A DNA stretch of 64,000 nucleotides from NCBI GenBank assembly GCA_963844715.1, contig CAWJPJ010000007.1, positions 640,001 to 704,000 of the forward strand, read 5' to 3'. Position numbers and translations under genes: made by a program. Below the pieces are notes generated by a model, which was not told the DNA's origin, ran no database searches, and saw nothing but the letters and a program-made list of their open reading frames with translations. This document shows positions 32,287-43,533 of this stretch, in pieces. This DNA is from an uncultured Phycisphaerales bacterium. Lineage in GTDB: Bacteria; Planctomycetota; Phycisphaerae; Tepidisphaerales; Tepidisphaeraceae. Numbering within the stretch: the stretch's first letter is position 1; the number at the start of each line of letters is the position of its first letter.

Positions 32287-33198
32287 ATGCAAATTACTCG
32301 TCGGTCCTTTCTTACTGATAACTCGCAACTGGCAACTGGCAACTACTCCGGGTTCACATTGATCGAATTCCTCGTCGCCATCGGAATCACCGGCATTTTC
32401 TTGGCGATTCTGATTCCCTATTTTCTGCACGCGCGTGAACTGAATCGCCGGACGGAATGCGAAGCGCGGATGGGGCAGATCGCCGATGCGCTGTGGCAAT
32501 ACGCGAAGGATCAGGGGCCAAATTCTCCCTTGCCGGAGACGGTTTACGATCCCCAGCGGAAACCGACCGGGTACACGTGCTTCACGGGTCCGGATGAGGC
32601 TCATCCCTTCGCCAGGGACAGCGCCGTCAAACCCAATGACATCACGGCGTCGCTCTGGCTCCTCGTCCGCAGCGGGTACATCAAAGACCCGGCTATTTTC
32701 ATTTGCCCCAGCACCAGCGACCGGCCCGATGTCATCGGCCCCGGCGGCGCGACAAAGCGCGGGAATTTCCGCTCGCCGACCAATCTGAGCTTTTCCTATG
32801 CCTGCCCCTTCACGGATGCGTACGATTTTGCGTTCAGCACCGATCGACTCCCCGGCGGCTTCGCCCTCCTGGCCGACAAAAATCCCGGCTTTGCTTCGGA
32901 GGACTCTAAAGTCCTCGGCCCCAAACGGGACGCCCCTCCCTTCGAGCTGGCCAAGGGCAACTCCCCCAATCATGGGCAAGCCGGTCAAAACGTCCTCTAC
33001 GCCGACGGGCACGTGGAATTCCAGCCTACGCCTTACGCCGGGGTAGGGGGAGACAATATTTACACTGCCGTCGCCCCCCATCGGCTGCGCGGCGAACATC
33101 CGGCTCTCGATACCCCGGGTTTTATCGGGCAAGACGTTGGCCCGGCATATAGCTATGACAGCTATTTGGTGCCGACGGCGCAAGACCAGGGGCCGTGA
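32287..33198 (+). CDS. Prepilin-type N-terminal / DUF1559-like protein with H-X9-DG motif
   Basis: GFTLIEFLVAIGI, FICPS, NHGQAGQNVLYADGHV. Confidence 0.85.
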   Translation: MQITRRSFLTDNSQLATGNYSGFTLIEFLVAIGITGIFLAILIPYFLHARELNRRTECEARMGQIADALWQYAKDQGPNSPLPETVYDPQRKPTGYTCFTGPDEAHPFARDSAVKPNDITASLWLLVRSGYIKDPAIFICPSTSDRPDVIGPGGATKRGNFRSPTNLSFSYACPFTDAYDFAFSTDRLPGGFALLADKNPGFASEDSKVLGPKRDAPPFELAKGNSPNHGQAGQNVLYADGHVEFQPTPYAGVGGDNIYTAVAPHRLRGEHPALDTPGFIGQDVGPAYSYDSYLVPTAQDQGP

Positions 33199-33203
33199 CG
33201 GAT

Positions 33204-33305
33204 ATGACGAATGACAAATGATAAATGACGAATCAATGGCCGAATTCTCGAATGATCGATTCGACATTGGGATATTCGAGCTCGGCGCGGCGACATTCGT
33301 CATTT
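33204..33305. repeat. Heptamer-based REP-like element
   Basis: ATGACGA ATGACAA ATGATAA ATGACGA (33204-33231) with inverted TTCGTCATTT at 33296-33305. Confidence 0.65.
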
Positions 33306-33347
33306 TTCAATTGTTCTTCCGTCTCCAACATGGGATGATCCCCAAGG

Positions 33348-34283
33348 ATGTCGCAGGAGTTGGACATCTCTTGGCAGACGCTCCGCAGGATTGCTCAGGA
33401 CTGGGGAGGCGAATCAGCGGAGCTCAGCGAGGTTAAGCCGCTGGACGGCGGCACGATCAGCACCACCATCGCACTTACGCTTGCCGACGGACGAAAAGCG
33501 GTCTGCAAAGTCTCGGCTTATCGCGTCGATCGGGCGTATATCAATGAAGCCCATCAGTTGAAGCTGCTCGCCGAGGCGGGCCTGCCTGTTCCGCGCGTTT
33601 ACGCGACCAAGATCGGGTCTCTCGACGATCCGTTCAGCTACATTGTGATGGAACACATTGACGGCGTGAATCTCCAGCAGGCGAAGCGCACCTGCTCCGA
33701 GGCCGATTACGAGGGCCTGCAGACGCAACTGGCGGAACTGCTTTTGAAAATGCACAAGAAGACAGCCGATAAATACGGGCGCGTGCAGATCGACCCGCCG
33801 GGGCAGACGTTTGACGATTGGCCGAAATTCTTCCGGCACGTGTTCGACCCGATCTGCGACGAAGCGGGCAAATCGAATCTCATCCCCGCCAAGTGCCGCA
33901 AGCTCATCGCCAGGATTCAGGAGCGGCTCGACAAGCTCTTACAGCACGACGACGTTCCGCGGCTGGTGCATTGGGACGTCTGGAGCGCCAATCTGCTGGC
34001 CCGCGCGGACGAATCGGGGCACTGGCAACTGGCGGCGTTGCTGGACCCCAATTGCAAGTATGCCCATGTCGAAGCCGAGTTGGCTTATCTGAGTCTCTTT
34101 CAGACTGCCACGCCGACGTTTGTTAAGGCGTATCAGCAGAAGCGCAAGCTCGGCGATGATTACCATCGGGTTCGCAAGCCGGTGTATCAGGTGTTTTTTC
34201 TGCTCAATCACGTGCACTTGTTCGGGTCGGGGTATGTGCAGCCGTTGACGGCGGCGGTGGATCGGGTCGCGCCTTTGATTTGA
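33348..34283 (+). CDS. Fructosamine kinase / aminoglycoside phosphotransferase-like protein
   Basis: PVPRVY, LVHWDVWSANLL, LLDPN, EAELAY. Confidence 0.8.
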   Translation: MSQELDISWQTLRRIAQDWGGESAELSEVKPLDGGTISTTIALTLADGRKAVCKVSAYRVDRAYINEAHQLKLLAEAGLPVPRVYATKIGSLDDPFSYIVMEHIDGVNLQQAKRTCSEADYEGLQTQLAELLLKMHKKTADKYGRVQIDPPGQTFDDWPKFFRHVFDPICDEAGKSNLIPAKCRKLIARIQERLDKLLQHDDVPRLVHWDVWSANLLARADESGHWQLAALLDPNCKYAHVEAELAYLSLFQTATPTFVKAYQQKRKLGDDYHRVRKPVYQVFFLLNHVHLFGSGYVQPLTAAVDRVAPLI

Positions 34284-34295
34284 CAGAAGGGGGAT

Positions 34296-34466
34296 TCAGA
34301 AGATCAGGAAGTGCCGCGTCGAAGCATTATCCGGCGACGCGTGGAGGAACACGCCGCCGTGTTCCACCTCGCCGGGCTCGCATACTGTGTGCTCGCAGCT
34401 CACCGCCGCCGCGATCAGGCCGGCCGCGGCTAGAAGAATCGTCCATCGTCGTAGCTTCCGCACCAT
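34296..34466 (-). CDS. Possible small lipoprotein
   Basis: Basic N-terminus, hydrophobic stretch, AVSC lipobox-like. Confidence 0.35.
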   Translation of the reverse strand: MVRKLRRWTILLAAAGLIAAAVSCEHTVCEPGEVEHGGVFLHASPDNASTRHFLIF

Positions 34467-34516
34467 GGGTGAGAAATGTACCACCGTGGGAACTCGATGA
34501 ATAGACGCCCCGCGGA

Positions 34517-35766
34517 TCATTTCGCCACGACGCCCAGCGCCTTTTCGACCGCGTTGCAGAATTGCCCGCAGAGCAGTTTTTGATTCAGTGATTCGTCGAG
34601 CACGGTTCGCGCGGTTTCGCCCATTGCATGCAACTGTTGGGCGGGCATGGCGCGGAATGTTTCGATGGCCTTCAACGCCCCAGCTTGATCGCCGTGGGAA
34701 ACTTGCAGGCCGATGCCGTGTTTTTCGAGCAGGTCGCTGATATGGGAGGGGCGAGGTCCCAGAAAAAGGATCGGCTTGCCGGCGGTCATCGCGCCGTAGA
34801 TTTTGCAGGGATGAATGATGCCGACCATTCCCTCGCCGAGAGAAACCACATGGACGTCGGCAGCCGTGAGTGAATATTTCAGTTCCGACAGCGGCTGGTA
34901 GGGGAGGGACTGGGCATTGGGGAGCGCATGATCGCGGATATACGCCTCGACTTCCTTTTTTCCGGCGCCGCCGCCTACGAATAGAAATCTCAAGCCGTCT
35001 TCATTTTTCAAAACCGTCGCGGCATCCAGCAGCGTCGTCAGCGGGTTGCTCGGGCTGTGGTTTCCGCTGTACATGATGACGAATTTACCGGCGAGCTCGT
35101 GTTTGATGCGAAATGGGTTTTCCGCGCCGGCTTCGGAATGGATGTGTTCCTCATGCGGCCAGGGGGGCATGACGAACATCTTTTCGCGCGGTACGCCGCG
35201 CGCGGCGAGGCGGTCGGCCATGAAGCGATCGAGTGCGATGATCAGCGCCGTGCGATTCAGAATGAATCGATTCACGCGTTCCAGGAACCAGGCGATGAAG
35301 CTATTTGGCTTGATTTTGCCGAGGGCAATAAGCTGATCGGGATTTAGATCCATGGCCCAGTAGGCCGTCGGAACGCCTCGGATTGCGGCGACGATGCAGA
35401 GCGGCACGCCGATGAGTGGGGGGGAGGTGCTGAAGAAAATCCCCTGCAGGTTGCGAGCGAAGAGGGCGGCGAAAAAGGCCTGGACATGGAATGCCGCCGT
35501 GCCGAGGACGCGGAGGAGCATCGATTTTTTTCCGAACGATGCGTAGGGGAATCGGCGGATATAGGCGCCGTTGCGATTTTCCCTGCGTGGATACCGGGCG
35601 GTCGGGTCTTCGTATCCGCGCCCCGACGCATAGACCCGGACGGCGTGTCCCCGCGCGCGAGTTCGAACGCCACATCTGCCATGTGCTGCCCGACGCTTGC
35701 CGGATCGGGCACGAACGTCTGGCTGATGACCAAAATGACCTTCTTGTCGCGCTCTGCCGGGTTCAT
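34517..35766 (-). CDS. Glycosyltransferase family 4 (WbuB-like); frameshifted
   Basis: ISQTFVPDPASVGQ, STSPP, MDLNPD, MYSGN, HPCKIYGAM. Confidence 0.8.
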
Positions 35767-36755
35767 CAGTGCTGCTTTTTGCCGGCCATCTGGTCGTAAA
35801 TCCAATGATAGGTCTTTTCCATCCCGTCGCGCAATTTCGTATCCGGCTCCCAATGCAACAGCTTCTTGATCAGCGTGTTGTCGCTGTTCCGCCCGTTGAC
35901 GCCTTTGGGAGCTTTTAAGTTATACGACCGCTTCAGCTTCACCTTGGCGATGTCTTCGACGATGTCCACGAGCTGATTGATCGAAACCAGTTCACTGCTT
36001 CCCAGATTGATCGGCTCGATGATGTTGCTCCAGGTAATGTCCTGAATCCCCTTGAGGCAATCCGTGATGTACATGAATGAGCGGGTCTGAAGCCCATCGC
36101 CCCAGATTTCGATGGCATTGGTGCCGGCCATTTTCGCAGCGATTACCTTTCGGCAGATCGCGGCCGGGGCTTTTTCGCGGCCGCCTTCCCATGTTCCAAA
36201 CGGGCCGTAGACGTTGTGAAACCGCGCCACGCGCGTCTGCAATCCAAAATCCTCGCGGTAATGGCGGCACATCCGTTCGCTGAAGAGTTTCTCCCATCCA
36301 TAGCCATCTTCCGGCTGGCCGGGATAGGCGTCCTCTTCTTTTAGGGCCGTTACGTTCGGATCGCGCTGCTTGTCCGCATTATAGACGCAGGCGGATGAGG
36401 CATAGAAAAACCGTTCCACCCCGACGTCCTTGGCCGCCTGGCAGAGATGCGTATTGATCAGCACGCTGAGCATGCAGAGGCACTTGTTGTTTTCGATGAA
36501 CCCCATCCCCCCCATATCGGCGGCCAAGTTGTAAACAACCTTCGCCCCCTCGAGCGCCTTGTAACAGGCGTCCTTGAGTTGCAGATCAAGCTGCAAATTC
36601 TCGGCCTGCCCAAAATTCTGGTACCACTCGACGAACGGCTTGATATCCACCGACCGGACATTGGTGTGCCCTTTGCGGAGCAGTTCCCCGACCAGATGCC
36701 CGCCGATGAACCCTCCGCCGCCGCAGACAACGACTTTGTCATTTAGACTCGCCAT
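35766..36755 (-). CDS. NAD-dependent epimerase, GDP-mannose 3,5-epimerase-like
   Basis: GGGGFIG, LAADMGGMGFI, SSACVY, YGWEK, GREKAPAA. Confidence 0.85.
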   Translation of the reverse strand: MASLNDKVVVCGGGGFIGGHLVGELLRKGHTNVRSVDIKPFVEWYQNFGQAENLQLDLQLKDACYKALEGAKVVYNLAADMGGMGFIENNKCLCMLSVLINTHLCQAAKDVGVERFFYASSACVYNADKQRDPNVTALKEEDAYPGQPEDGYGWEKLFSERMCRHYREDFGLQTRVARFHNVYGPFGTWEGGREKAPAAICRKVIAAKMAGTNAIEIWGDGLQTRSFMYITDCLKGIQDITWSNIIEPINLGSSELVSINQLVDIVEDIAKVKLKRSYNLKAPKGVNGRNSDNTLIKKLLHWEPDTKLRDGMEKTYHWIYDQMAGKKQH

Positions 36756-36815
36756 GGACGAATTATGGGGCATGTAAGGTATGGGTCAAGCGGGGTGGGA
36801 ATCGTTCGGAATTCG

Positions 36816-36869
36816 AGCCCAATGGATGGCACCTTCGACGAGCTCAGGGCAGGCTAACCATTGGCTTTT
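36816..36869. repeat. REP-like palindrome, filled form, reverse orientation; contains the fcl stop codon
   Basis: Reverse complement AAGCCAATGGTTAGCCTGCCCTGAGCTCGTCGAAGGTGCCATCCATTGG aligns to 26586-26638. Confidence 0.75.
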
Positions 36870-37834
36870 GCAGCGGAAAATTGACGTTCGGTTAGCTCGC
36901 CGCGGTGCCCCTCAAACCATTCAATCGTCTTCTTCAGTCCCTCTTCGAGCGAAGTCCGGGCCGCAAACGCAAACGCTGCCTTGGCGCGGGAAACATCGAG
37001 GCACCTGCGCGGCTGGCCGTCCGGCTTGGTCGCATCCCAGGCCGTCTTGCCTGTAAATCCGCTTAGTTTTGCGATCAGTTCCGTCAGATGCTTGATCGTG
37101 ATCTCGCGCCCGCTGCCTAAATTCACCGGTTCGGGCGAATCATATTTTTGAAGTGCGGCGACGATCCCGGCGGCGCAATCTTCCACGTACAGAAATTCGC
37201 GGCTGGCCGATCCTGTCCCCCAGGCCACGATCTCCTTCGCTCCCGAATCCCGCGCTTCGACATATTTCCGAATTAGCGCGGGAATCACATGGCTCGAATG
37301 CAAATCAAAATTATCCCGCGGTCCGTATAGATTCACCGGCAGGAGATAGATCGCGTTCAATCCATACTGCTGCCGATACGCCTGGCACATTACCAGCAGG
37401 GCCTTCTTGGCCACCCCGTACGGAGCGTTGGTCTCCTCCGGATACCCGTTCCATAGCTCTTCCTCCCGAAACGGTACCGGCGTAAATTTCGGATAGGCGC
37501 AGATCGTCCCGACCTGCACGAATTTTTTGATCTTGTTCTTCCTGGCCTGTTCGATGAGGTGCATTCCCATCGACATATTGGCGAAGAAAAACCGCCCCGG
37601 ATTGTCTCGGTTCGCGCCGATCCCGCCGACTTCGGCGGCCAGATGCAAGACCACGTCCGGCTTTTGTTCGCGGTAAAGGCGCTCGGCGTCGGCCTCGCTG
37701 GTGAGGTCGTAATCCTTTCTTCGCGGAATGAAGAGGTTTCCATAGCCCAGGGCGCGAAGCTGTTCGACGACAAAGCTGCCGAGGAAGCCGGCCCCGCCTG
37801 TTATCACCAGTCGATCCGCCGGACTGACGCTCAT
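36854..37834 (-). CDS. fcl: GDP-L-fucose synthase
   Basis: [40 protein letters not shown]. Confidence 0.92.
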   Translation of the reverse strand: MSVSPADRLVITGGAGFLGSFVVEQLRALGYGNLFIPRRKDYDLTSEADAERLYREQKPDVVLHLAAEVGGIGANRDNPGRFFFANMSMGMHLIEQARKNKIKKFVQVGTICAYPKFTPVPFREEELWNGYPEETNAPYGVAKKALLVMCQAYRQQYGLNAIYLLPVNLYGPRDNFDLHSSHVIPALIRKYVEARDSGAKEIVAWGTGSASREFLYVEDCAAGIVAALQKYDSPEPVNLGSGREITIKHLTELIAKLSGFTGKTAWDATKPDGQPRRCLDVSRAKAAFAFAARTSLEEGLKKTIEWFEGHRGELTERQFSAAKANG

Positions 37835-38856
37835 TTCTTTTCCTGATCTTCGAGGATTCGTTCCCGCTTGGCGAGTTTCCAATCCGCCTCGGTCATCATC
37901 CGCGCCAGGGTCTTGAAGTCGATTTTAGGCGTCCATCCCAGCACCTGCCGGGCCTTGCTCGAATCCCCGCGGAGGAAGTCGACTTCCGCCGGGCGGAAGT
38001 ATCGCGGATCGATCTGGACAAATTTCTGCCAGTCCAAGCCCAGATGCCCGAAGACCTCCCCGAGGAATTCCCGTACGCTGTGCGCTTCGCCGGTCGAGAC
38101 GACATAATCGTCCGGCTTGTCCTGCTGGAGCATCATCCACATCGCCTCGACATAATCGCCCGCGAATCCCCAATCTCTTTGCGCGTCGAGATTTCCCAGG
38201 AAAAGCTTTTCCTGCAATCCCTCCTTGATGCGCGTCGCGGCTCGGGTGATTTTTCGCGTCACGAAGGTCTCGCCGCGCCGCGGGCTTTCGTGGTTGAACA
38301 AAATCCCGTTGCAGGCGAACATCCCGTAGCTCTCGCGATAATTGACGGTTTGCCAATGCGCGTAAACCTTCGCGCACGCATAGGGGCTGCGCGGATAAAA
38401 CGGCGTGGTCTCCTTCTGGATCGGCTCCAACACCTTCCCATACATTTCGCTGCTCGAGGCCTGGTAAAAGCGCGTCGGCAATCCGGAATCGCGGATCGCC
38501 TCGAGCATATTCATCGTCCCCAGCGCGTCGGCGGCAACCGTATAGACCGGCTGATCGAAACTCACCCTCACGTGCGACTGCGCCCCCAGGTTGTAAACCT
38601 CCGCGGGCTTCACGCGAGACAAAATTTCCCTCAGCCCGATCCCGTCGAGCAGGTCTCCATAATGCAAAAATAGCCGCGTCGTCGGGATGTGGCGGTCGGC
38701 GTAAAGATGTTCGATTCGATCGGTGTTGAAGGAACTGCTCCGCCGCACGATCCCGTGGACCTGATATCCCTTTTCAAGCAGAAACTCAGCGAGATATGAC
38801 CCATCTTGTCCGGTGATTCCCGTGATCAGAGCTTTTTTGACTTCCGCCGCTGCCAT
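37831..38856 (-). CDS. gmd: GDP-mannose 4,6-dehydratase
   Basis: [46 protein letters not shown]. Confidence 0.96.
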   Translation of the reverse strand: MAAAEVKKALITGITGQDGSYLAEFLLEKGYQVHGIVRRSSSFNTDRIEHLYADRHIPTTRLFLHYGDLLDGIGLREILSRVKPAEVYNLGAQSHVRVSFDQPVYTVAADALGTMNMLEAIRDSGLPTRFYQASSSEMYGKVLEPIQKETTPFYPRSPYACAKVYAHWQTVNYRESYGMFACNGILFNHESPRRGETFVTRKITRAATRIKEGLQEKLFLGNLDAQRDWGFAGDYVEAMWMMLQQDKPDDYVVSTGEAHSVREFLGEVFGHLGLDWQKFVQIDPRYFRPAEVDFLRGDSSKARQVLGWTPKIDFKTLARMMTEADWKLAKRERILEDQEKK

Positions 38857-38903
38857 AGGTTCCCTTCGGCCCGTGAATCCAAGGTCGGAGGCCGCCCATT
38901 CTT

Positions 38904-38947
38904 CTCCCCTCTCCCTGGTACTCCGGGTAGAGGGTTAGGGTGAGGGG
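38904..38947. repeat. CCCTCTCCC...GAGGG-type REP element
   Basis: CTCCCCTCTCCCTGGTACTCCGGGTAGAGGGTTAGGGTGAGGGG. Confidence 0.7.
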
Positions 38948-39044
38948 CCATTGTTTTCCGAAAGTTAACCCCCGTCACAGTCGCATGCAAACCCCGTGAC
39001 ACGCCGCTGGCGAAGGCTAAAGTGAAACACTGAGGATCGCCCCG

Positions 39045-41815
39045 ATGACCCAAATTCCGCCCGGCAGCAATTCGAGTTCCTCCGACGCCGCCCGGCCCGA
39101 TCCCGAACCCAAGCCGCGGAAAAAGAGATTACGAAAGATCGTGCTGATCGCGGCCGCGGTTCTGCTGGTACTGGTTGTTATTCTTCTCTTCCTCACTCCG
39201 ACGATCCTCAGCTCTGATTCGGTTCGCGAAGCGATCGTCGATCACATCAATTCCACGATGCTCAACGGGCAGCTGTCGATCCATGACTGGTCCCTCTCGT
39301 GGAGGGGCGGCGTCGAGGCCCACGGCATCGACGTGACGGACGCTTCCAACGCCCACGTCCTTTCCATCGCGCAGTTAACCAGCGGCGTCTCGCTCCTGGG
39401 CGCGATCTCGGGTCACATCGATCTCGGCGACACAGAACTCACCGGTGTCGACTTCAATCTCCGCCGGGATAAGGACGGGCAGTTCAATCTCGCCAAGCTG
39501 TTCGAGAAGAATCCGCCGGCGGCTTCGGGAGCTTCCGCCCCCGGCGGCGCTCCGGCAGGTCCCTCCAAGCTGCCACTTATCACCGGCACGATCCACTTCA
39601 ACGGCCGCACCTGCACCTATCAGGACGATGTCCCCGCTCAACCGATCCTGGCGACTTTTGAGACGCTCGACGGCACAATCAAAATCACCGACATCAATCA
39701 GCCGATCGAAACGCATCTGGACGTCGCCGCTCACGTCAACGGCCAGCCCGCGACGCTCAAACTCGACGGCACGATTTCCGCGGTTCAAAACCAAATGCTC
39801 GATATCGATAACGCCGCGGCAGCGGAGACGATCGCCTTTAGCACGGGTAACTCCGCCGCGGATGTGCAGGCCAGCGTCGATGCCCAGCGCGGCGGACCCT
39901 TGGGAATTCTCATCCCTTCCCTGGACATCGCCCACGCGCAGTTCGATCTGCATCTGCTCCAGGAGCAGCATTTCCTGGATCTTCTGGCCGCGAATTGGCT
40001 GGCTAAAAATTCCGTCCGCTTCAACTCCGGGGTGATCACGCTTGCGGGCAAGGGAAAACTCGATGCCTCGGGAATCACGCTGGATCAGCCTTTGGCTCTC
40101 CATGTGGACCCGATCGAACTGACCAGCGCTGATTCGACGGGCACGGCTCAAACCGCCCATCTGCCGCCGCTGGATATACAGGTCACCAGCGCCCAGGCCG
40201 AAAATTTCACCGCCAGTCTGATTCTAGGCACTTCGCAGCAACCTCTGGTGTCCATGAATCTCACCGGCTCTCCAGCGGGCTCGGCGCAACTCACCCAATG
40301 CGATGCCGATCTCCCGCGACTCCAGGCGGCTCTGGCGCCGGTGCTGCCGCTTTTTGCGGCGCGGATAATTCCGACGCCATGCAGCAGGTCGCCCAGAACG
40401 TGATCGCGATCACCAGCGGCAAACTCTCCGCGACCGGCGCCGCGAACTATGACGGGAAAACGCTCACCCTCACGCAGCCTCTGGCGATCAATCTGGCGAA
40501 CTTCACCATCCAGCAAGGCGGCGTCGCCACGCCCATCACGGGCATGAATTTCCAGTCTTCCGTTGCCGGTGCGTTCTCCCCAACCGATATCCAAAATCTG
40601 AAATTTACCCTCACGACCGGCGATGCCTTGACCTGCACGCTTACCGGCGGCGTGACGGACCTAGGCTCGGCGCGGCAGTTGAGCGGCGCTGTTGTCATGC
40701 TCGATTACGACCTGGCGAAGCTCTGGCCGATCGTCCGCACGTTTCTCTCCGCCCAGCAGCAGCAGAATTTGGCCGACCTGCAAATCGCCGGGAAAGAGAC
40801 GCGGACAATTACGATCGCCGGCAGTTTTCCGGCGGACAAGCCGCTGGCGGCTTCCATCGCCTCGCTGGAAGCCTACGGCTATCTCACCGTCGATTCCCTA
40901 TCCACCCACGGGGTCACCGTCACCAAACTGGATATCCCATTCTGGCTTAAAAACGGCGTGGTGAGAACCGTGCACCAGGATCAGCCGGAGGGCAAAAACG
41001 CACCGGCGGGCGCACAATGCAACGGCGGCACGCTGGATATCGGCGACATTTCCGCTGATCTCACCCAATCGCCCATACGCCTCACGATGCCCGGAATCGA
41101 TCCGAAGCACCCGCATCAGATTTTGAAGAATGTCGCGCTCACCCGCGAGATGGCCAAGACCCTCTTCGGCTCGGTGTTGAACAACCCGCTCTTTTCCAGC
41201 AGCGATTCGAATCAGGGGTTTGTCGATCTTTCGCTGTTGCAACTGAAAGATTTGCCGCTGAGCAATCTGGTGATGCAGCCGAGCGCCCAAAATACCGGCG
41301 TAGCGGAGGTGAACTACTCCATTCGTCAATTGGCGATTAACGGCGGGCTGTTGGCCACATTGGGCGTCACTGGAGATACGCCCGCGACGATCAACAACGC
41401 GGATGTCCTGATTCAGGGCGGCAAAGTTACCGAAGACACCACGGTGATCCTGAATCAAAACCAGGATGTCCGGCTCGCCGGCGGGGTCGATCTTCATTCG
41501 CTGGCTTTTGACAATATGAATATCGACCTTCCCCATTCCTTGCTGGCCCAGCATGGCATTGTCGATAAGAACATCCTCGCGTACCTTGCCGACCCAATTG
41601 AGGTGCCGGTCGAGGGAGACGTTTCCAAACCCAAGATCAGCCTGGATAAAGTCATCCAATCCGCGGCCCAGCAATCGATCATCGGCGGGCTATTGGGCGG
41701 CGGACAACCGAAGCAACCGGCGAGCCAGCCATCGCAGAATCAAAAGCAGAGTCAGCAACAACAGCAACAAGACAATCCGCTCAATGATCTGCTGCGAGGG
41801 CTGTCGGGGAACTAG
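39045..41815 (+). CDS. AsmA-like envelope protein; frameshift near 40360
   Basis: Single N-terminal TM, beta-rich body, RDKDGQFNL, C-terminal VPVEGDVSKPKI and Q-rich tail. Confidence 0.65.
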
Positions 41816-41825
41816 GGGACGACGC

Positions 41826-41865
41826 AGGCACGAAGGCACGGAGGCACGTAGGCACGAGGGCACGA
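41826..41865. repeat. Octamer tandem repeat (AGGCACGN x5)
   Basis: AGGCACGA AGGCACGG AGGCACGT AGGCACGA GGGCACGA; another unit at 42360. Confidence 0.8.
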
Positions 41866-42092
41866 AGGGGAAAATGGTATTCGGAAAAAAAGGGTGGGGG
41901 GAGGTCGGCGGGGCGATCTGGATGAGTGGACGGGTAGAACAGTTGAGCTTTAGAGAGGGAAATAAATCGAATTCCAAAAAAAGGGGGGTGGGTGGGCGCG
42001 GCGGAATTGCGATTCAAACTAAGATTGGAGCATTTTTTTGGGGAAGTCTTTTCAGGAGTTGGGGTTGCGGGGGTTGATGAATGTTAAACAAA

Positions 42093-42134
42093 CAGTTGCC
42101 AGTTGCTGGTTGGCGGTTGCTGGTTGCCAGTTGC
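42093..42134. repeat. Heptamer tandem repeat (CAGTTGC-like x6)
   Basis: CAGTTGC CAGTTGC TGGTTGG CGGTTGC TGGTTGC CAGTTGC; same unit inverted at 32314-32345. Confidence 0.8.
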
Positions 42135-42481
42135 CGGGGACGAGGGACCATTTGGGCGATGAAAAGGGCATTGGGCGAGAGCATAAAAGAAAATGCATAT
42201 GTTCGTAGCAAGAAGATTTAATTTTTGCGGTGTGCGCAAGGGGCGGCAGGACAAAGGTTTGTGGATTGGCATTTATTGGGCATTTATTGTAGCTGAAAAA
42301 TGATTTTTGGGACACGGTTGTGGGCTATGGGTGAGGTTTGAATGAGGAATTTGGGGGGGAGGCACGAAGCGACGCACCTGAATCGATGGATGTCACCTTT
42401 TAGCTCTTTTTAGCTCTTTTAGCTTCCGCAATGGCCGCTGGTCTGTCAAAAACGGTTTGGGAGATTGAAGACTTGTTGAGG

Positions 42482-42805
42482 CTAATCGCCTGAATGGGGT
42501 GATGGATCGTCCACAGCCCGCAGCCGTCTGGCGACCGACCTGAGATAACCCAAAGCCGCGATTCTGCCTACGCAATAAATGATCGCGGCGAAAATGGGAA
42601 GCGACAGATAAATAACCCAGATCGGGAGGTCTGCAAGCCATATAGCAATCGCCCAGAGTGAGGCGACGCCGCATACAGCGATAAGATAAGCCGCGACCAC
42701 CTCTGAGAGGCGACCTGGAGCACTGACCGCTCTGCGCCAGAGCTTTCGACTATCCTCTTCGGACAAGTCGGCTACCTCTGGTATTGATCGCCATCGCCAG
42801 TACAT
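42482..42805 (-). CDS. Small membrane protein
   Basis: 107 aa, two TM-like segments, SIPEVADLSEED N-terminus. Confidence 0.5.
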   Translation of the reverse strand: MYWRWRSIPEVADLSEEDSRKLWRRAVSAPGRLSEVVAAYLIAVCGVASLWAIAIWLADLPIWVIYLSLPIFAAIIYCVGRIAALGYLRSVARRLRAVDDPSPHSGD

Positions 42806-42941
42806 TTTTAGTGTCGGGGCGCGAAGCCAGAGAAGATTTTAACGAAACACGGGCAAAAGGCGTAATTATTTTCAAACTGCACCAGTACCAAAAATTGTCG
42901 CAGGTTGAAGGTTGGCTCGCCAGATTGTTACCATGATTGGC

Positions 42942-43184
42942 ATGACCATCCGGTCGATACAGCGGTTGAGGGAAACGCATCCGTTCGAGCCATTCCGCAT
43001 TTTGGTAGGCGACGGTCGCCACTACGACATCGCCAGGAGCCAAAATTTCATGACGACCGGCAATGGCAGAATCATCGCAGTCGCCATGTCGGACCACATT
43101 GTCACTCTCGAACTATTGCTGGTGACGGGAATAGCCGGACCCATCCCCCACAAGCAAAATGGTGCGCGGCGGAAGGCGTCATAG
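42942..43184 (+). CDS. Small hypothetical protein (PFEPFRI...DG..Y type)
   Basis: HPFEPFRILVGDGRHYDI; promoter-like TTGAAG-18-TACCAT upstream. Confidence 0.55.
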   Translation: MTIRSIQRLRETHPFEPFRILVGDGRHYDIARSQNFMTTGNGRIIAVAMSDHIVTLELLLVTGIAGPIPHKQNGARRKAS

Positions 43185-43251
43185 GGGCGGGCAACTAAAA
43201 TATCGATGAGCGGCCGGCCAAAACATTTTGAGCGGACGAAAGAAGAGCGGC

Positions 43252-43533
43252 GTGAATATTCGCTACCATGTGGATGACTCTGGTGACCCGCACATCTGGC
43301 GCCACAATGTCAGTGAGGCCGAAGTCATCGAGGCTCTGCGACAAGGGCTGGAGTCGATCAAAGGCCGGGAGGCGAGCATAATCGTCATTGGAAAAACGCG
43401 AGCAGGTCGGTATCTGAAGATTATTTAATCGCCGGATGACGTTGGCGATGGTATCTTCGTAGTAACCGCGTTCGACGTTCCGGCGAAACAGATTCGAGCG
43501 CCGAGACGGCGATTAAAGCGGAAATCATCATGA
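43252..43533 (+). pseudogene. BrnT/DUF4258-like toxin with in-frame TAA at 43426-43428
   Basis: HIWRHNVSEAEVIE...IGKTRAGRYLKII*SPDD...IFVVTAFD; same frame continues to TGA overlapping the next ATG. Confidence 0.65.

Noticed and set aside
41826..42134. CRISPR array
   Set aside because: Units are 7-8 nt and contiguous, with no spacers and no cas genes; no CRISPR-like repeat-spacer structure was seen anywhere in the window.
43426..43428. Stop-codon recoding (Sec/Pyl or alternative genetic code) in the toxin
   Set aside because: The codon is TAA, which is used as a normal stop throughout the window.
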